A DNA stretch of 62,847 nucleotides, filler included, from Octopus bimaculoides (GCF_001194135.2; 6 parts of 5 records of this genome joined end to end with filler, not necessarily neighbours in it); one strand, 5' to 3'; positions 25,380-40,032 are shown, counted from the whole stretch's first letter. The notes: a model not told the origin generated them from the letters alone. Numbers and translations are program-made.

Positions 25380-25776
25380 TATATATATACATACATATAT
25401 GCATATATATGTATATGTATGTATATATATACATATAAATGTGTGTGTGTGTGTATGTATGTATATATGTTTATATATATATATATATATATTTAGTACA
25501 ATTCGAATAAAAATCTCGTAACGCGCATTTAAGATCTCTTCTGCTGTTGTTTCGCTGGCACATGTTATTCTACAATAGGGTATATTCCAGTATTCGATAT
25601 ACAAGCGGAACTCCTCTTTATATAAGATCGATACAAGCATAGATAAACTTGTTATATTATCTTTATATATATATATATATATATATGGGAGAATATACAA
25701 ATAATAACAACAGACGAGGACAGGTGGTGTAAATAACAAAAGTATATATTAGTATGACGCTCGGGAATACGGAAAG

Positions 25777-25813
25777 TCTTTGACGTTTCGAGCTACGCTC
25801 TTCAACAGAAAGA
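25777..25813 (-). ncRNA. Minimal hammerhead-like motif, A6U core variant
   Basis: UCUUU-CUGUUGA-A-GAGC(GUA)GCUC-GAAAC-GU-C-AAAGA; GUC triplet; lies in a repeat of about 25690-25870 homologous to about 42755-42950. Confidence 0.6.
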
Positions 25814-25911
25814 ATACGGAGACAAGGAGAAAAACACGAAGAAAAAAAATTGAATAGTGTTCAGTCAACGGTCAATCATACATACACACACACACACACA
25901 CACAAACACAC

Positions 25912-25950
<39 letters not shown>

Positions 25951-27214
25951 NNNNNNNNNNNNNNNNNNNNNNNNNNNNNNNNNNNNNNNNNNNNNNNNNN
26001 NNNNNNNNNNNNNNNNNNNNNNNNNNNNNNNNNNNNNNNNNNNNNNNNNNNNNNNNNNNNNNNNNNNNNNNNNNNNNNNNNNNNNNNNNNNNNNNNNNNN
26101 NNNNNNNNNNNNNNNNNNNNNNNNNNNNNNNNNNNNNNNNNNNNNNNNNNNNNNNNNNNNNNNNNNNNNNNNNNNNNNNNNNNNNNNNNNNNNNNNNNNN
26201 NNNNNNNNNNNNNNNNNNNNNNNNNNNNNNNNNNNNNNNNNNNNNNNNNNNNNNNNNNNNNNNNNNNNNNNNNNNNNNNNNNNNNNNNNNNNNNNNNNNN
26301 NNNNNNNNNNNNNNNNNNNNNNNNNNNNNNNNNNNNNNNNNNNNNNNNNNNNNNNNNNNNNNNNNNNNNNNNNNNNNNNNNNNNNNNNNNNNNNNNNNNN
26401 NNNNNNNNNNNNNNNNNNNNNNNNNNNNNNNNNNNNNNNNNNNNNNNNNNNNNNNNNNNNNNNNNNNNNNNNNNNNNNNNNNNNNNNNNNNNNNNNNNNN
26501 NNNNNNNNNNNNNNNNNNNNNNNNNNNNNNNNNNNNNNNNNNNNNNNNNNNNNNNNNNATATATATATATATACATACACTTGTTTATTTATTTATTTAT
26601 TTATTTATTTATCTCTGTTACAAACCTGACATCTTCAGTTTTCAAAGATTGATATTCACCAGAAAATAATACATTACCAACGTACCTGGAATAAAAACAG
26701 AAAAAGAATAATATTAGTATATTGTCTTTTTTTTCATGCTTTTGTGTACTCACGATATAATTGTGTGTGTGTATGTGTGTGTGTGTGTGTGCGTGCGCGC
26801 GCGCGTGTGTGCGTGCGTGCGCATGTATGTGTCCGTGTATATGTGTTTGTGCTTGTATATATATATATATAAATGTAACCTCGTGGGCATCGGTACCATT
26901 TTCCTCTTTCTCCGTTCTTCCATTCTCCGAACTTTCCATCTTTCCGACGAAGGGCTACGCCCGAATCGTCATACACTCTCTCTTTCCTTTCCTGAGCGTC
27001 CAATAATACTATCCATATCACGTCCTCACTTTGTTGTTTTTTTGTTTTTTTGTTATTGTTTTTTTTAACTAAATACATATATATATATATTCACATAGAG
27101 GATGCTATGAATAGACTCATCTACATTACGCAAAAATGAAAATAACATCTCATTTCAACAGTTATATTTACCAAAATTACATAAAAATATTATGAAATAC
27201 TAAAGAGTAAATTT

Positions 27215-27556
27215 CTACATTAAAATCGCCATTGGCTTCAACCACGACCTCCAGACGAATTCGGAATCTCCTGCAACTCTTCCGGACGACTCCTTGTTTA
27301 AGTTGGTGAATGCTGCCATAATCCTTGCTTTCAGTTCATCTTTGGTGTTACAAGGGGTTTTGTTGGTCTCTCGCTCAACTGCGCCCCACACATAGTAATG
27401 AAGGTGGTTGCAGTCTGGGGAGTTAAGTGGCCAAATGTTAGGAGTGATGTGGTCACATAAATTGTCTGACAGCCATGACTGGGTTCTCCTGTTTGTGTGG
27501 CATGGTCTTCCAGTAGCCACCCTCTTGATCCAGGGCACAGTACCTCCTCCAGGCAC
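27215..27556 (-). pseudogene. Tc1/mariner (maT/DD37D-like) transposase C-terminal fragment
   Basis: WPLNSPDCNHLHYYVWG..NKTPCNTKDELKARI resembles the WPPNSPDLNPLDY motif. Confidence 0.85.
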
Positions 27557-29769
27557 TTGATATACGATTCCGTTTTGAGTCTGAGGCCGTGATGATGATG
27601 ATGATAATAATAATGATGATGATGGTGTTTTCTTTATTAAACACTAAGGTTTCTTTAGTAAACATTTACGCATACGTACACCCTATGTGTATATTCGCAC
27701 GCATATTTGCTCAGAAATAAATTTAAAGAAGTACAATAAAATATTTAGTCATGCAAGATATAGTTTAATGAATCAAGACATGGTAGTTTTTTCTGGCTAA
27801 CTTGAACCCATTCAGTTAGCTATTTTTAAACAGTGTTCGAATGCTACCGAACGCCCTACTTACTATTTTAATTTTACACAATTTGGTTTGAAAGACGCTA
27901 ATATTATGAAAGTATTCGATATACTGTCTTAATTTTAAGTTTATTAGTAATCTATCTTTTGCATGAAGTTTATATTCTGAACACAACTGATTGTGTGTCA
28001 TTCTAACTTCTTCAGAAAATCCTTGACATCAGAAATGCATAATTTTATCCATTAACCGTTTGATTAATTTTCAAAGAGTGATTTATGGTAGCTCTCTGCA
28101 TTTTCTTGGTTATTTTCTCGAGGAGCGATTTCGTTGTCATTTAGAAAAAAAGAAGTTTCTCGTCAACGGATTTCTTTGTTTTATGTTGAGTCTTTTGGGG
28201 TTATTTGTTTCAATTCCCTTTGTATTTCCATTTATAATTATCTCTTCCTCAATTCACGATGGAGTGGAAGAGGTGTTTGCTCATCTGTTTGTGATACTAT
28301 GTTTAAAGATGTTTCCTTTCTTTCCTGGCGGTTATCTGGAAATTGTGATTCGTTTTTCTTTTTGCTATTGCTCTCCATTATTTTCGATTCCTTTATCTTT
28401 GCTCAATTTCCCCAGTTTCCTTCTGCATTCAGCACTAAGGTCTGTTGAACTCCGATAAATACAACTACGCCTTTATCTTATATCATCCATCTCATACATT
28501 TTGCCTCGATGCATTCTACGAGGCACAGTTCTATTGTTACTATGTGACCTTCAAAGATCATTAGTACTTGTAAATCGATTTTGATACCGCCTCACCACTG
28601 GTCACCTTTAGTTAACCCTGCTTTGACCGCTTTCCAAACCATGATATAAATCTGGCTATAAACCATAGACCTGCGTTGTTATCTGTGTCTTCTATTGTCA
28701 TTCTAGTGTTTCATTAACTGATTTACTGCGTCACAAATGTATTGCCGGAACTACATCTGACAATTTGTTTTGGAAGGATCCTAACCTAATGCTTTTCAAT
28801 GAAATAAAGAAACTGTGTGAACTGTGGGTAGTTGAAAGCGGTACAGTTGACAGCGTTGATCGTCCGTATTGGTTACTGTGTTAGTTTAATATTGTAACTA
28901 CGTTACAGATATATATATATACATATACATACATATATATATATATATATACATATACATACATATATATATATATATATANNNNNNNNNNNNNNNNNNN
29001 NNNNNNNNNNNNNNNNNNNNNNNNNNNNNNNNNNNNNNNNNNNNNNNNNNNNNNNNNNNNNNNNNNNNNNNNNNNNNNNNNNNNNNNNNNNNNNNNNNNN
29101 NNNNNNNNNNNNNNNNNNNNNNNNNNNNNNNNNNNNNNNNNNNNNNNNNNNNNNNNNNNNNNNNNNNNNNNNNNNNNNNNNNNNNNNNNNNNNNNNNNNN
29201 NNNNNNNNNNNNNNNNNNNNNNNNNNNNNNNNNNNNNNNNNNNNNNNNNNNNNNNNNNNNNNNNNNNNNNNNNNNNNNNNNNNNNNNNNNNNNNNNNNNN
29301 NNNNNNNNNNNNNNNNNNNNNNNNNNNNNNNNNNNNNNNNNNNNNNNNNNNNNNNNNNNNNNNNNNNNNNNNNNNNNNNNNNNNNNNNNNNNNNNNNNNN
29401 NNNNNNNNNNNNNNNNNNNNNNNNNNNNNNNNNNNNNNNNNNNNNNNNNNNNNNNNNNNNNNNNNNNNNNNNNNNNNNNNNNNNNNNNNNNNNNNNNNNN
29501 NNNNNNNNNNNNNNNNNNNNNNNNNNNNNNNNNNNNNNNNNNNNNNNNNNNNNNNNNNNNNNNNNNNNNNNNNNNNNNNNNNNNNNNNNNNNNNNNNNNN
29601 NNNNNNNNNNNNNNNNNNNNNNNNNNNNNNNNNNNNNNNNNNNNNNNNNNNNNNNNNNNNNNNNNNNNNNNNNNNNNNNNNNNNNNNNNNNNNNNNNNNN
29701 NNNNNNNNNNNNNNNNNNNNNNNNNNNNNNNNNNNNNNNNNNNNNNNNNNNNNNNNNNNNNNNNNNNNN

Positions 29770-29996
29770 GCGAGTGTGTGCTGAAAAGTTCTTGTCTTTG
29801 AGTAAAAAAAATATACAGGAGGATCAGTTAATTATGGTTTTGTCCAACATATTCCCCTCTCAGATTCACACACTTATTGCAGTAGTCTTCCAGTTTTTCT
29901 AAGCGCTATAAAAGAACTCGGAAGGTCAGGCCTCCAACCAGGCCTTTCGCGACACCCTCAAAGCCAGGAACTTTTCACCACCTCCCCCCTCCTCGT
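29770..29996. mobile_element. Mariner-derived MITE
   Basis: TIRs GTGCTGAAAAGTTCTTGTCTTTGAG / CTCAAAGCCAGGAACTTTTCACCAC; right end CCTCGTA. Confidence 0.75.
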
Positions 29997-30550
29997 AGTT
30001 ACTACTCACATATTTTATGCAATTTCATAGTTGTAAGTAGCAACAACGATTACTGATATTTCAGAAATAATCATGTTATGTTAAGTTTTACAGTTCAATG
30101 GGATTGATTTTCATTGCTTTCAACTCGGTAATTGTTCTTTGGGAAAATAAACATAAATCTTTTTGAAAAGAAAATAATTCGAAATTTATTGGACACTTAT
30201 AAAGTATAACGAAGGTTTTTGCAAGGATAAGTGAGAAGTATAGATTATTTTCTATATTACAAACGATGTTATGATTTGATTTTTCGTATTTCAGTGTCGA
30301 AAATATATATATATATCTTTGTTTATTCTTTATAAAAAATTTAGGAACTAATTTTTTACCCTTATATGTCGTTTGAATAATTTCCTCGTAAACAATACCA
30401 TTAACCATTTTCAGTTCCATTCTACTAAAAGCTGATATACATATCGTGTGATTATCTGATAGTGTAATCATCAATTGTGAACAAAGATCGGTACATGTAA
30501 AAAATCTCAGAATTTGCTATTCTTGCCAAAAATTTAACAAATTAAATATA

Positions 30551-30712
30551 AGCGCCGGAGTAACTGTGTGGTAAAAAGCTTGCTTCTCACCCACATGGTT
30601 CCGCATTCAGGCCTACGGTGTGGCACCTTGGGCAAGTGTCTTCTACTATAGCCTCGGGCCGACCGAAGCCTTGTGAGTGGATTCGGTAGACGGAAACTGA
30701 AAGAAGCCTGTT
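30551..30712 (+). mobile_element. Major SINE, 5' part
   Basis: Matches head of 10471. Confidence 0.8.
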
Positions 30713-31029
30713 ATGGGCAATAAATAAATAAGAAACCTTCTAATGTCTAAGAGCCAGTTACATCTGGATTGAATATTTGTTCTGTGAATCTTCAAGATCC
30801 TGCATTGCACTCGCTTGCACGCTCGCACACACACGCACAACCACACACGCATGTGTCTGTAGTGTGCGTGTATATGTGTGTGTACATATGTATACTTTAT
30901 GTGTGTGTATACATATATATATATGAGTATATATTTGTGTGTGTGTGTATATGAGTGTATGTGTGAACGTGTGCATATCTGTATGNNNNNNNNNNNNNNN
31001 NNNNNNNNNNNNNNNNNNNNNNNNNNNNN

Positions 31030-31041
31030 TTAATTAATTAA
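31030..31041. other. Assembly linker TTAATTAATTAA in a 100-bp gap (also 43119, 44625, 49832, 59169)
   Basis: Same 12-mer centred in N-runs (44 N each side at 30986-31085); gives stop codons in all six frames. Confidence 0.95.
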
Positions 31042-31085
31042 NNNNNNNNNNNNNNNNNNNNNNNNNNNNNNNNNNNNNNNNNNNN

Positions 31086-31140
<55 letters not shown>

Positions 31141-32360
31141 GAACCATCATCGAGTACAACTATGAAAACGATTCCAGCCGCTATCCCGTGCTTTTTAGTG
31201 TTTCATCATCCTCATCACCATCATCATCATCATCATCATCATTATTCTCATCGTGATCAGCATTCACTCTACCGCTCAACCATAACAACAACAACTTATA
31301 TACGATGCTTTGTACTACCCCACAGATTTTCCCTGGCTCTAATCTACCTATCAGATACAGAACATTATGTCCATGTACATCTTTTTTTCAGAGACCAGAA
31401 AGAACATTTTCTGTAATTCTCTCATTCCGTCTGCGAAGCAATACTCTTGCAAGAAATTTTTCCTGTTTTATCAGGGAAAGAAATCCATTTTCACCGTTTT
31501 GCTTATGAGAATGATATTAAGCTTACATATGCTTGCAGGCCGAAACTTCTAAATAAGAGAGAGAGAGAGGCTGTGACAAAGACAAAAAGAGAGTCACGGA
31601 GAGACAGATAGACAAAGACAGAGAGCGAGTGAGTTAGATAGATATGTAAATATGTATGTTTTTATATGAGTATATGCATCTATGCATACATGTATTGGTA
31701 TGTGTGTATTTATATATGTATACATTTACATAAACATTTATAACACGTGTGTTTGAAAAGCTGCAAACAACAACGAAAGCTCTTACATTTTCCAAAATAT
31801 TTGTGTCATTCTGCTCCTTAAGATATTTTCTATATTATTGATTATTTGTAATTTGAGAAAGTCTTTCTTCGAATATTGTGCCTGTATAGAGGATTCCGTC
31901 CCAAAATATTTTTAAATATACATTTATATATCGGTATATTTATGTTTGTGTGTATGTATATAGAAAGAGTTAGTGAGATAGAGAGATTCGTATGTATGTA
32001 TGCGTATATATATATATATATATACGCGTATGTATGCATGTTTATACATACATTTATATATATATATGTATGTATGTTTGTATGCATGTATGTATGTATG
32101 TATATATGTATGTATATATGTATGTATACATGTGCCTGTGTGTGTGTGTGCGAACGTATACATGCATGTATATACATATACACATGTATATATATGCATC
32201 TATTCAAACGTATAAGCATGTCTGTAAGGATACATATACATAGATACATTCATACATATATATATATATATACACACTACTGTGCAACTGCGTGAAAACA
32301 GCAAGTGTCTAAACATTATTTACACCTTAACTTTCGTCTCCCACTCTCCCTCTCATACAC

Positions 32361-32411
<51 letters not shown>

Positions 32412-33452
32412 ATAGAGATAGATATAGGTACAGATATATATTTACATGTATATATATATATATATATATAAACATATATATAAACATATATATAAGCATA
32501 TATATGTACAAACACTCACCAACACACACAAACATGTATTTTAGGTTGGAAAGAAAGACCTGATGCATTTCAAAGAGGGAGAACAACAAACACTCTGTTG
32601 GTTTTAATTTACATTTTGTATCAAGATAATATTTCTCCTTATTGATAACATCATCTCATCCATTTGGAAAATCGTTGATCCCTCGAGCGTGAACTTTTCG
32701 AGTTTCAGAAGTAAAAAAACAAAGAAATTTAGTATCCGTTTTAACCTCTCCATAATTAATAAACTGTTTTTCCTCTAAATAATGATGAAATGATCTGAAT
32801 CGATGACAGATGGAACAAGGTCAAGAAGCAAGGAAGAAAAGGCAAAAACTTCTATGTTTAGTGTCATGATCTCTTCTTGGGTGCCTTGGGAAATATGTAG
32901 TCTTGTATTATCATGATGTCCTGGGTAAGACTTTAAACCGCACCCATTAGATGGGTCTTGGTACGGGTGTTTTAGTGTTTTGTGGAGTGTGCGACGACCT
33001 CTTAAGCACTATTGTTCCCAGATTTGCCCTGAGCCATAGTAATAGCATTTGTTAGGGTCCTAGCTATGGATTAACTATCATGTGTACCACCGGCTCTTAA
33101 CCAGGCTACGTCTGCTCCGATAACCAGCAGTGGTTTGATCAGAGAATCTTCTGAGGCGGTCGACAATCAATGGCAAGATGAGCTGCTATGGATTGCACTA
33201 TCCCAAAGTGTGCATGCATGCGACCCGGAGCCACATATGAGTTTGTATTCCCACTGAAGCTACGAACATGAACTCTACACCTAAACAATGAATGATGACT
33301 ACAGCTACGGCATCCGCGCTAGTCAACGCGCTCTTTCTCTCAGTGGGGCATTTATCCAATCAGTAAATTGGATTTTGGGGCTGCAAGCAGAAGCATTTCT
33401 TTGTCTGCTAGAACGTTTGGGACAACCGTTAGATGTGGTCAGCATTCATGAG

Positions 33453-33695
33453 TGAAAAATGTAAAGTTACCTTCTTGAGTCATATCGACTCATAAGGGCC
33501 AGCTTCCCGGGTTTCTGGAGTACATATCGCGCACCTGGATGGGACACCAGTCCGTCTCTGGATCATTCATTTTTGCTAGCTGAGTGGACTGGAGCAACAT
33601 GAAATAAGGTGTTTTGCTCAAGAACACCAGGAATCGAAACCACAATCTTACGATCATGAAACCAACACCTTAACCACTAAACCACACGCTTCCAT
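33453..33695 (-). mobile_element. tRNA-derived CORE-like SINE with 12-bp target site duplication
   Basis: Minus head TGGAAGCGTGTGGTTTAGTGGTTAAGG..GTTTCGATTCC; flanks AGCATTCATGAG (33441-33452) and AGCATTCGTGAG (33696-33707). Confidence 0.85.
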
Positions 33696-34429
33696 AGCAT
33701 TCGTGAGGGACATAATTAACTCGTTGGTCGTAGCCGGCTCAACCCACCCTGGGTGAATGCCGCCGAAAATGCAGTTAAGTTGCATTATCGTGTAAGTGCA
33801 ACAACTCTTTACAATTCACTAATGACGGACGCTTTCTTGTGCCAAATTTTGGGCATCGGTTCCAACTGAAGACGATACTTCGTCGCATTCACTGTTACAT
33901 TTTGTCTTAACACCTCAGGTTAGGTTACATCCTTCACAGCCCACCTAAGACAGAGCTTTAATTGGTGTGTAGGGGGGGGGGGTTATGGTCCTGGTTTGAG
34001 GATTGATTTTGCGTTTTCGTTGTGTGCTAACCATTGTCGTTTTCGTTGGATATGATTATAGAGAACTCACTTTTCATCTATTACGATGATTCTGCTCAGG
34101 ACAAGTTCGGTAGCAAATCTACTCTTCAATGACAAGCATAGAGCAACTCTTTCGTTAAGCTGAAAAGGAGCAGTTAGTTGATGAGAGAACCACTGACCAA
34201 GTTTAGACATCTTTTCCTATTTCATGAAAGTATCTTATGATCGAAATGTGACTTGAATTTTTTGCTAATTCATTTGCAGTTTGCTTTCAATTTCCCTCGA
34301 CCACGGTTTTCAGGAGTTCAATATTGACAGAAATTGGTCGAGTTATAACACACATACGTATATATTTTAGTGTATGTATGTACATACATGTAAACACACT
34401 GACATAGAATTTCACTTATGTGTGTGTGA

Positions 34430-34500
<71 letters not shown>

Positions 34501-34914
34501 NNNNNNNNNNNNNNNNNNNNNNNNNNNNNNNNNNNNNNNNNNNNNNNNNNNNNNNNNNNNNNNNNNNNNNNNNNNNNNNNNNNNNNNNNNNNNNNNNNNN
34601 NNNNNNNNNNNNNNNNNNNNNNNNNNNNNNNNNNNNNNNNNNNNNNNNNNNNNNNNNNNNNNNNNNNNNNNNNNNNNNNNNNNNNNNNNNNNNNNNNNNN
34701 NNNNNNNNNNNNNNNNNNNNNNNNNNNNNNNNNNNNNNNNNNNNNNNNNNNNNNNNNNNNNNNNNNNNNNNNNNNNNNNNNNNNNNNNNNNNNNNNNNNN
34801 NNNNNNNNNNNNNNNNNNNNNNNNNNNNNNNNNNNNNNNNNNNNNNNNNNNNNNNNNNNNNNNNNNNNNNNNNNNNNNNNNNNNNNNNNNNNNNNNNNNN
34901 NNNNNNNNNNNNNN

Positions 34915-35268
34915 TACTTGTTTCAGTCATTTGACTGCGGCCACGCTTGAGCACAGCCTTTAGTCGAGCATATCGACCCCAGGACTTATTCTTTGTAAGC
35001 CTAGTACTTATTCTATCGGTCCATTTTGCCGAACCGCCAAGTTATGGGGACCTAAGCACACCAGCATCGGTTGTCAAGCGATGTTAGGGGAACAAACACA
35101 TACACACACATATATATATACATATATACGACGGGCTTCTTTCAGTTTTCGTCTACTAAATCCACTCACAAGGCTTTGGTCGGCCCAAGGCTATAGTAGA
35201 AGACACGCAGTGGGACTGAACCCAGAACCATGTGGTTGGTAAGCAAGCTACTTACCACACAGCCACTC
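34915..35268 (-). mobile_element. Major SINE, near full length
   Basis: Reverse complement of 10471-10853. Confidence 0.9.
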
Positions 35269-35586
35269 TTAAATATTTATTTTTTGGTGTCAAAATTTTC
35301 GTCGTGCCAACTGTGACCTGTTCATTGACACGCTTTGTGCGACAAAAACTCCGATAGCAAGTGTTTTAGACTGGTTAGTTTGTGTCTTCTACTCTATGAT
35401 TGATAATATTAAAAAATATTCCTTTTTAGGAATTTCAATACAAGAAATTTATCGAAACTACACGTATTCAAGGACTTATTCACCAAAAGAAAATTTATTG
35501 AATTTTAATTGACTTTCCTTCAAACACACAAAATATTTTTTTAAAGTTTTCATTTGATTCTAAGTCTTATTATTAATTATTACATT

Positions 35587-35778
35587 CTGGCAGAATCGTT
35601 AGCACGCTGGGAAAAATGCTTAGCGGCATTTCGTCCGTCTTTATGTTCTGAGTTCAAATTCAGCCGAGGTCGACTTTGCTTTTCACTCTTTCGGGATCGA
35701 GATATTAAGGACCAGTGAAACACTGGGGTCGATGTAATCGACTTACCTCTCCCCTCCAAAATTTCTGGCTTTCGAAAA
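35587..35778 (+). mobile_element. Short SINE family copy
   Basis: Matches 20307-20518. Confidence 0.8.
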
Positions 35779-36473
35779 GATTATTAATTATTACATTACA
35801 TTGAGCATTAATTAAATTCTTTTATTCACTGGAAGCTGCAAAACTTGTGTGGGCACACACACGCACGCACGCACGCACACATACACACACACGCTCGTGA
35901 ATGAATGAATGAATGAATGCATGTATGTATGTATATACGTATATATGTATGTATTTATGCATGTATATATACATAGTGCATACATGCATACATACATACA
36001 TACATATGTGTGTGTGTGCGTGTGTGTATATGTGCATATGTTTTATTTCCGGATATCCAACAAGACTGAATGAATATCCTAGCTCTGTCTACTCTCCCCA
36101 CTTCTCGTGTATTGTACACATTTTCTAGTAGTAGCAGCAGCAGCAGCAGCAGTAGCAGTAGTGATAGTAGAGATGGGGTTCTTGATAAACTATTGCATAA
36201 GGATAAGCTATGATATCGCTTACTCGAAAAGTGTCTGAAGCACAGGAATCCTGCTCTCTACTTCTGTTGCTTTCTCCCTCTCTCTCCCCCTCTCTCTGTT
36301 TCCCAACTGCTCACTCTCCCTCTCACCCTCTCTGTCTGTCTGTCTGTCTGTCTTTCTGTCTCTCTCTCTCTATCTTTCTCCGCATCTCTCCATCGTCCTC
36401 TCTGTTTAGATCGCATTTAAAGTATGCGTTCACACGCAAACGCACATATAGCAAAAACGATGTCATGCACACA

Positions 36474-36513
<40 letters not shown>

Positions 36514-36625
36514 AATGTGGGCTCTGCTTCTATACAGTGACTTGATCTGCTATAAATAGCAAGCAAATCCCCCTACCAATGTCTTAACAAAGGAAACATT
36601 AGTTATTGTAGAGCGTGGTTCTATA

Positions 36626-36675
<50 letters not shown>

Positions 36676-37019
36676 GGGATGGCCATGTCTGGCATGCTCT
36701 TGGTCGTAGGCCTGCTGACTGAGAACCGATCAGGGATAAATACCCACAACGCCAAAATTCAAAAGGTAACATACATCGTCGAGATATGCGTGTGTGAGTC
36801 AGGTAAACTATATGAAATATGTAACAGCATTCTGTGCACTTACGTAAATGTAGATACACACACGTACACACAGACACACTGATACGTAAATGCACGTACA
36901 TATGTATATGTATGTACGTGTGTGTGTGTATGCGTATGGGTATGTATGAGTATGTGTGTGTATGTGTAGAAGTAATATGGACTTTACTTCTAATTTCATA
37001 TATGTATGTGTGTTTATAT

Positions 37020-37620
37020 AGTGAGCTTGACTATCTTGGCTGCAAGATCAGCAAATCAGGTGGATCAGACGAGAACATCACTGCAAGAAGCAAGAAGGCT
37101 TGGCAAGCCTTCGCTATTCTTCGGCCGGTATGGAAGTCCACTGCCATCTGAACTCGAACTAAACTACGCTTATTTAGTTCAAACGCAAAATTTGTGCTTT
37201 TGTATGGCTCTGAAACATGGAGATCCACCTACAGCAACTACAAGAAGATCCAGATCTTCATCAGCAAATGTCTCCGGCAGATCCTCCATCTGAAGTGGTT
37301 CGACAGAATGCCAAACACCGACCTGTGGGAAAGGACCAACCAGAAGCCCATACATGTTCAGATTAGATGAAGGAAATGGAGATGGATCGGACACACACTG
37401 TGGAAAGAACCCTCAAATGTGACATGACGAGCACTTGACTAGAACCTGCAGGGGAAAAGGAGGTGAGGACGCCCAAAGCAGACATGGAAGCGAAGCATTT
37501 TGGACGAGCTCAGGGCCAACGGCCTGACATGGGAAACGGTGAAGAAACACACCAATGACCGCAAGAAGTGGAAAATAACTGTTGAGGCCCTATGCTCCAC
37601 AAGGGGCAAAAAGGATTAAG
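37020..37620 (+). mobile_element. RTE-clade LINE 3' end (RT C-terminus), 5' truncated and with stops
   Basis: YLGC..., LLYGSETW, KCLRQIL, WRWIGHTL, GKRR*GRPKQTW..., ends EALCSTRGKKD*. Confidence 0.9.
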
Positions 37621-38010
37621 AAGAAGTTTATATAGGTATGTGTATATACGTATGTGTATATATGTGTATATATGTATGTGTATATGTCTGTATAAATATA
37701 TATATGCATACATATACATGCACGCATACTCACACGCACGCGCGCGCACACGCACGCACACACATACTGTAGAAACGTATATACGCGTATATACATATCG
37801 GTTGGTAGATATGCGTTTCATCCAGACTGAAAACATATTGGATACACATACTAGACAATCACTCATACACAAATAAGCCACAACACATAAGCCATAACAC
37901 AAACACTTTCACAGTTCTACGTACAAAGATCATATGCGCAATGGAAACAATATAGTGGAAAACATTTAAAATAATAACAAATTTTGATTGAGTATAGAAC
38001 ATTTTGTTGA

Positions 38011-38245
38011 GATGCATAGCTTTGTGGTTAGAGTGTTGGACTCATGGTTATAAGATTGTGGTTTCGAGTCTTGAACAGAGCAATGCGTTGTACTCTTGAG
38101 CAAAACACTTCCTTTCATGTTGTTATAGTCAACTCAGCTGGTAAAATGAATAGTCCTGCAACAAACTAGCGTCCCGTCCAACGGGGAATATATTCTCCAC
38201 GGAAACCGGGAAACCGGGCTTATGAGTCTGTGTGACATGGAAAGG
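38011..38245 (+). mobile_element. Diverged tRNA-derived CORE-like SINE
   Basis: GTGGTTAGAGTGTTGGAC..GTTTCGAGTC head; CTTGAGCAAAACAC block. Confidence 0.7.
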
Positions 38246-39970
38246 ATTTTTATCCTTCTTATTTTATTGAACACTTTATTCGTTAATGCTTATCGTTGAG
38301 TAAACGCCATCATGCCGATTATTTAGCTCGACATTACGCACACGAGGAAATCTCTCCTGTTTTACTTTTTTGGCAATTCTGCTCGGCCAAGAAAAATAGA
38401 ATTGAAATATTTGATATCTTTATTGCGGCACACGATGGAGAGCAATAGTGTAACCTTTTGCCTAAAATTTCTTGCAGTTAGAAGCATTCATGGTAATGAC
38501 GGATTCTTAATATGAGCAGAACAGAGACAAATTTCAAGAAGGTACTAACAAGGCTTTTATTGGGAATTAGGATTGCGTATTACTTGTGGAAACTAATATA
38601 ACTGACATTTGTTTAGAGTTTACTATGAGCCCAATGAAAATTTATTTTATATAGGAGTTCTAATCATCCACCTTTTCATTTTACGTAAAGCTTAATCCCT
38701 AACATTAACAAACGCAGACGATCTTTATCCGCACATAAAACCATATTTTTAAGTACTTCTCACTATTATAAAGCAGCCCCATGAACAGCGGGTTCTCCGA
38801 GAAGATTCATGGTCTTGTTTTACTGACTGAAATCGCAGGAACAGAAGGCAGGATGTTTTGTGGTATAACCTGGTGTTCTAGTTAAATGAGAAAAACACAA
38901 ACATTACAAAATATTTTTCTGGTTAGTCTCATTTTATTTTCTGACGGAACAGATACAAAAAAAAAAATCTTCAATAGCGATTGTATTCAAATGAGCTATT
39001 TTACATGTAAGACTTCGCTAGTTCTATCAGCAGCCACAATGTTATAGGTTTTTTTTTTCAGCACAATTAATACAAATCCTGTACCTACCTGTAACGGTGC
39101 CAATCAAGAAATTTACGCTTTGTATGGTAATTACTTGGCAAAGGCATTTGTAAATTTTCCATTGTATAATTCACCTTTCGAAATCGATAGTTTATTGTGC
39201 GAAAGAATTTACAGGTAATGATTCAGTTTCTATGGATTATACCGAGTTGAATTTTCGAAATTCTGTTTAGTTATAATCACCATAAATATACTTTCAGAAC
39301 CCTGACAGATCTTTAGAGGTAAATTTATCGAAGTACATCGGGTCTTTAAAACATAATATTAGAAACTACATTTGGAACGCATTATAACATGTGAAATATG
39401 AGAATCAGTTCAACAATAATTGGAATAGTTGTATTTAATATAATTTTCCAAAGGAATCATTTAAACAACAGCTAAACAACCGTTCATACCTTAGATCTTT
39501 TGCTGTTGTGTATCGAAATTCTTGTTAGAATATAAATATCTTAATCAGGTTTAAGACATTTATGACTTTTGTATTTCGGTGAAAAATATTCCTCCAAAAG
39601 AATTCTATCTTCAAAATTCGTTTAGAGCTAATATCTTTTTGAAATATATATATAAATAATAAGGGTGGCTTATTCGCAATTTACAACCGAAAGGCAGAAC
39701 TATAGACGTCACTAAAGTGACTAAGGGTACTAGTTAGCATCAAGCATTGCTAGAAATAAGAGTCAAAACAACTCTTAGCCACGATAAAGCACTCATCTTA
39801 GGACTACAAGGGAGACAAGTTCCCATGAGCATCCGTATATATATCAATACATACATACATATCGCACAATATCAGAATTTTGATGAGTGAACGTCGAGTC
39901 GCCTCATATGAAATTGTTAATTCTAAAACAAATCAAAAAGATTTCTGTTATTAACAAGTTACTCATATTC

Positions 39971-40032
<62 letters not shown>

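Noticed and set aside
28060-28458. 132-aa ORF and its lysine-rich antisense frame
   Set aside because: No motif I could assign and the antisense frames contain multiple stops.
31030-31041. Recurrent TTAATTAATTAA motif at five sites
   Set aside because: Always centred in a 100-bp N gap; an assembly linker, not biology.
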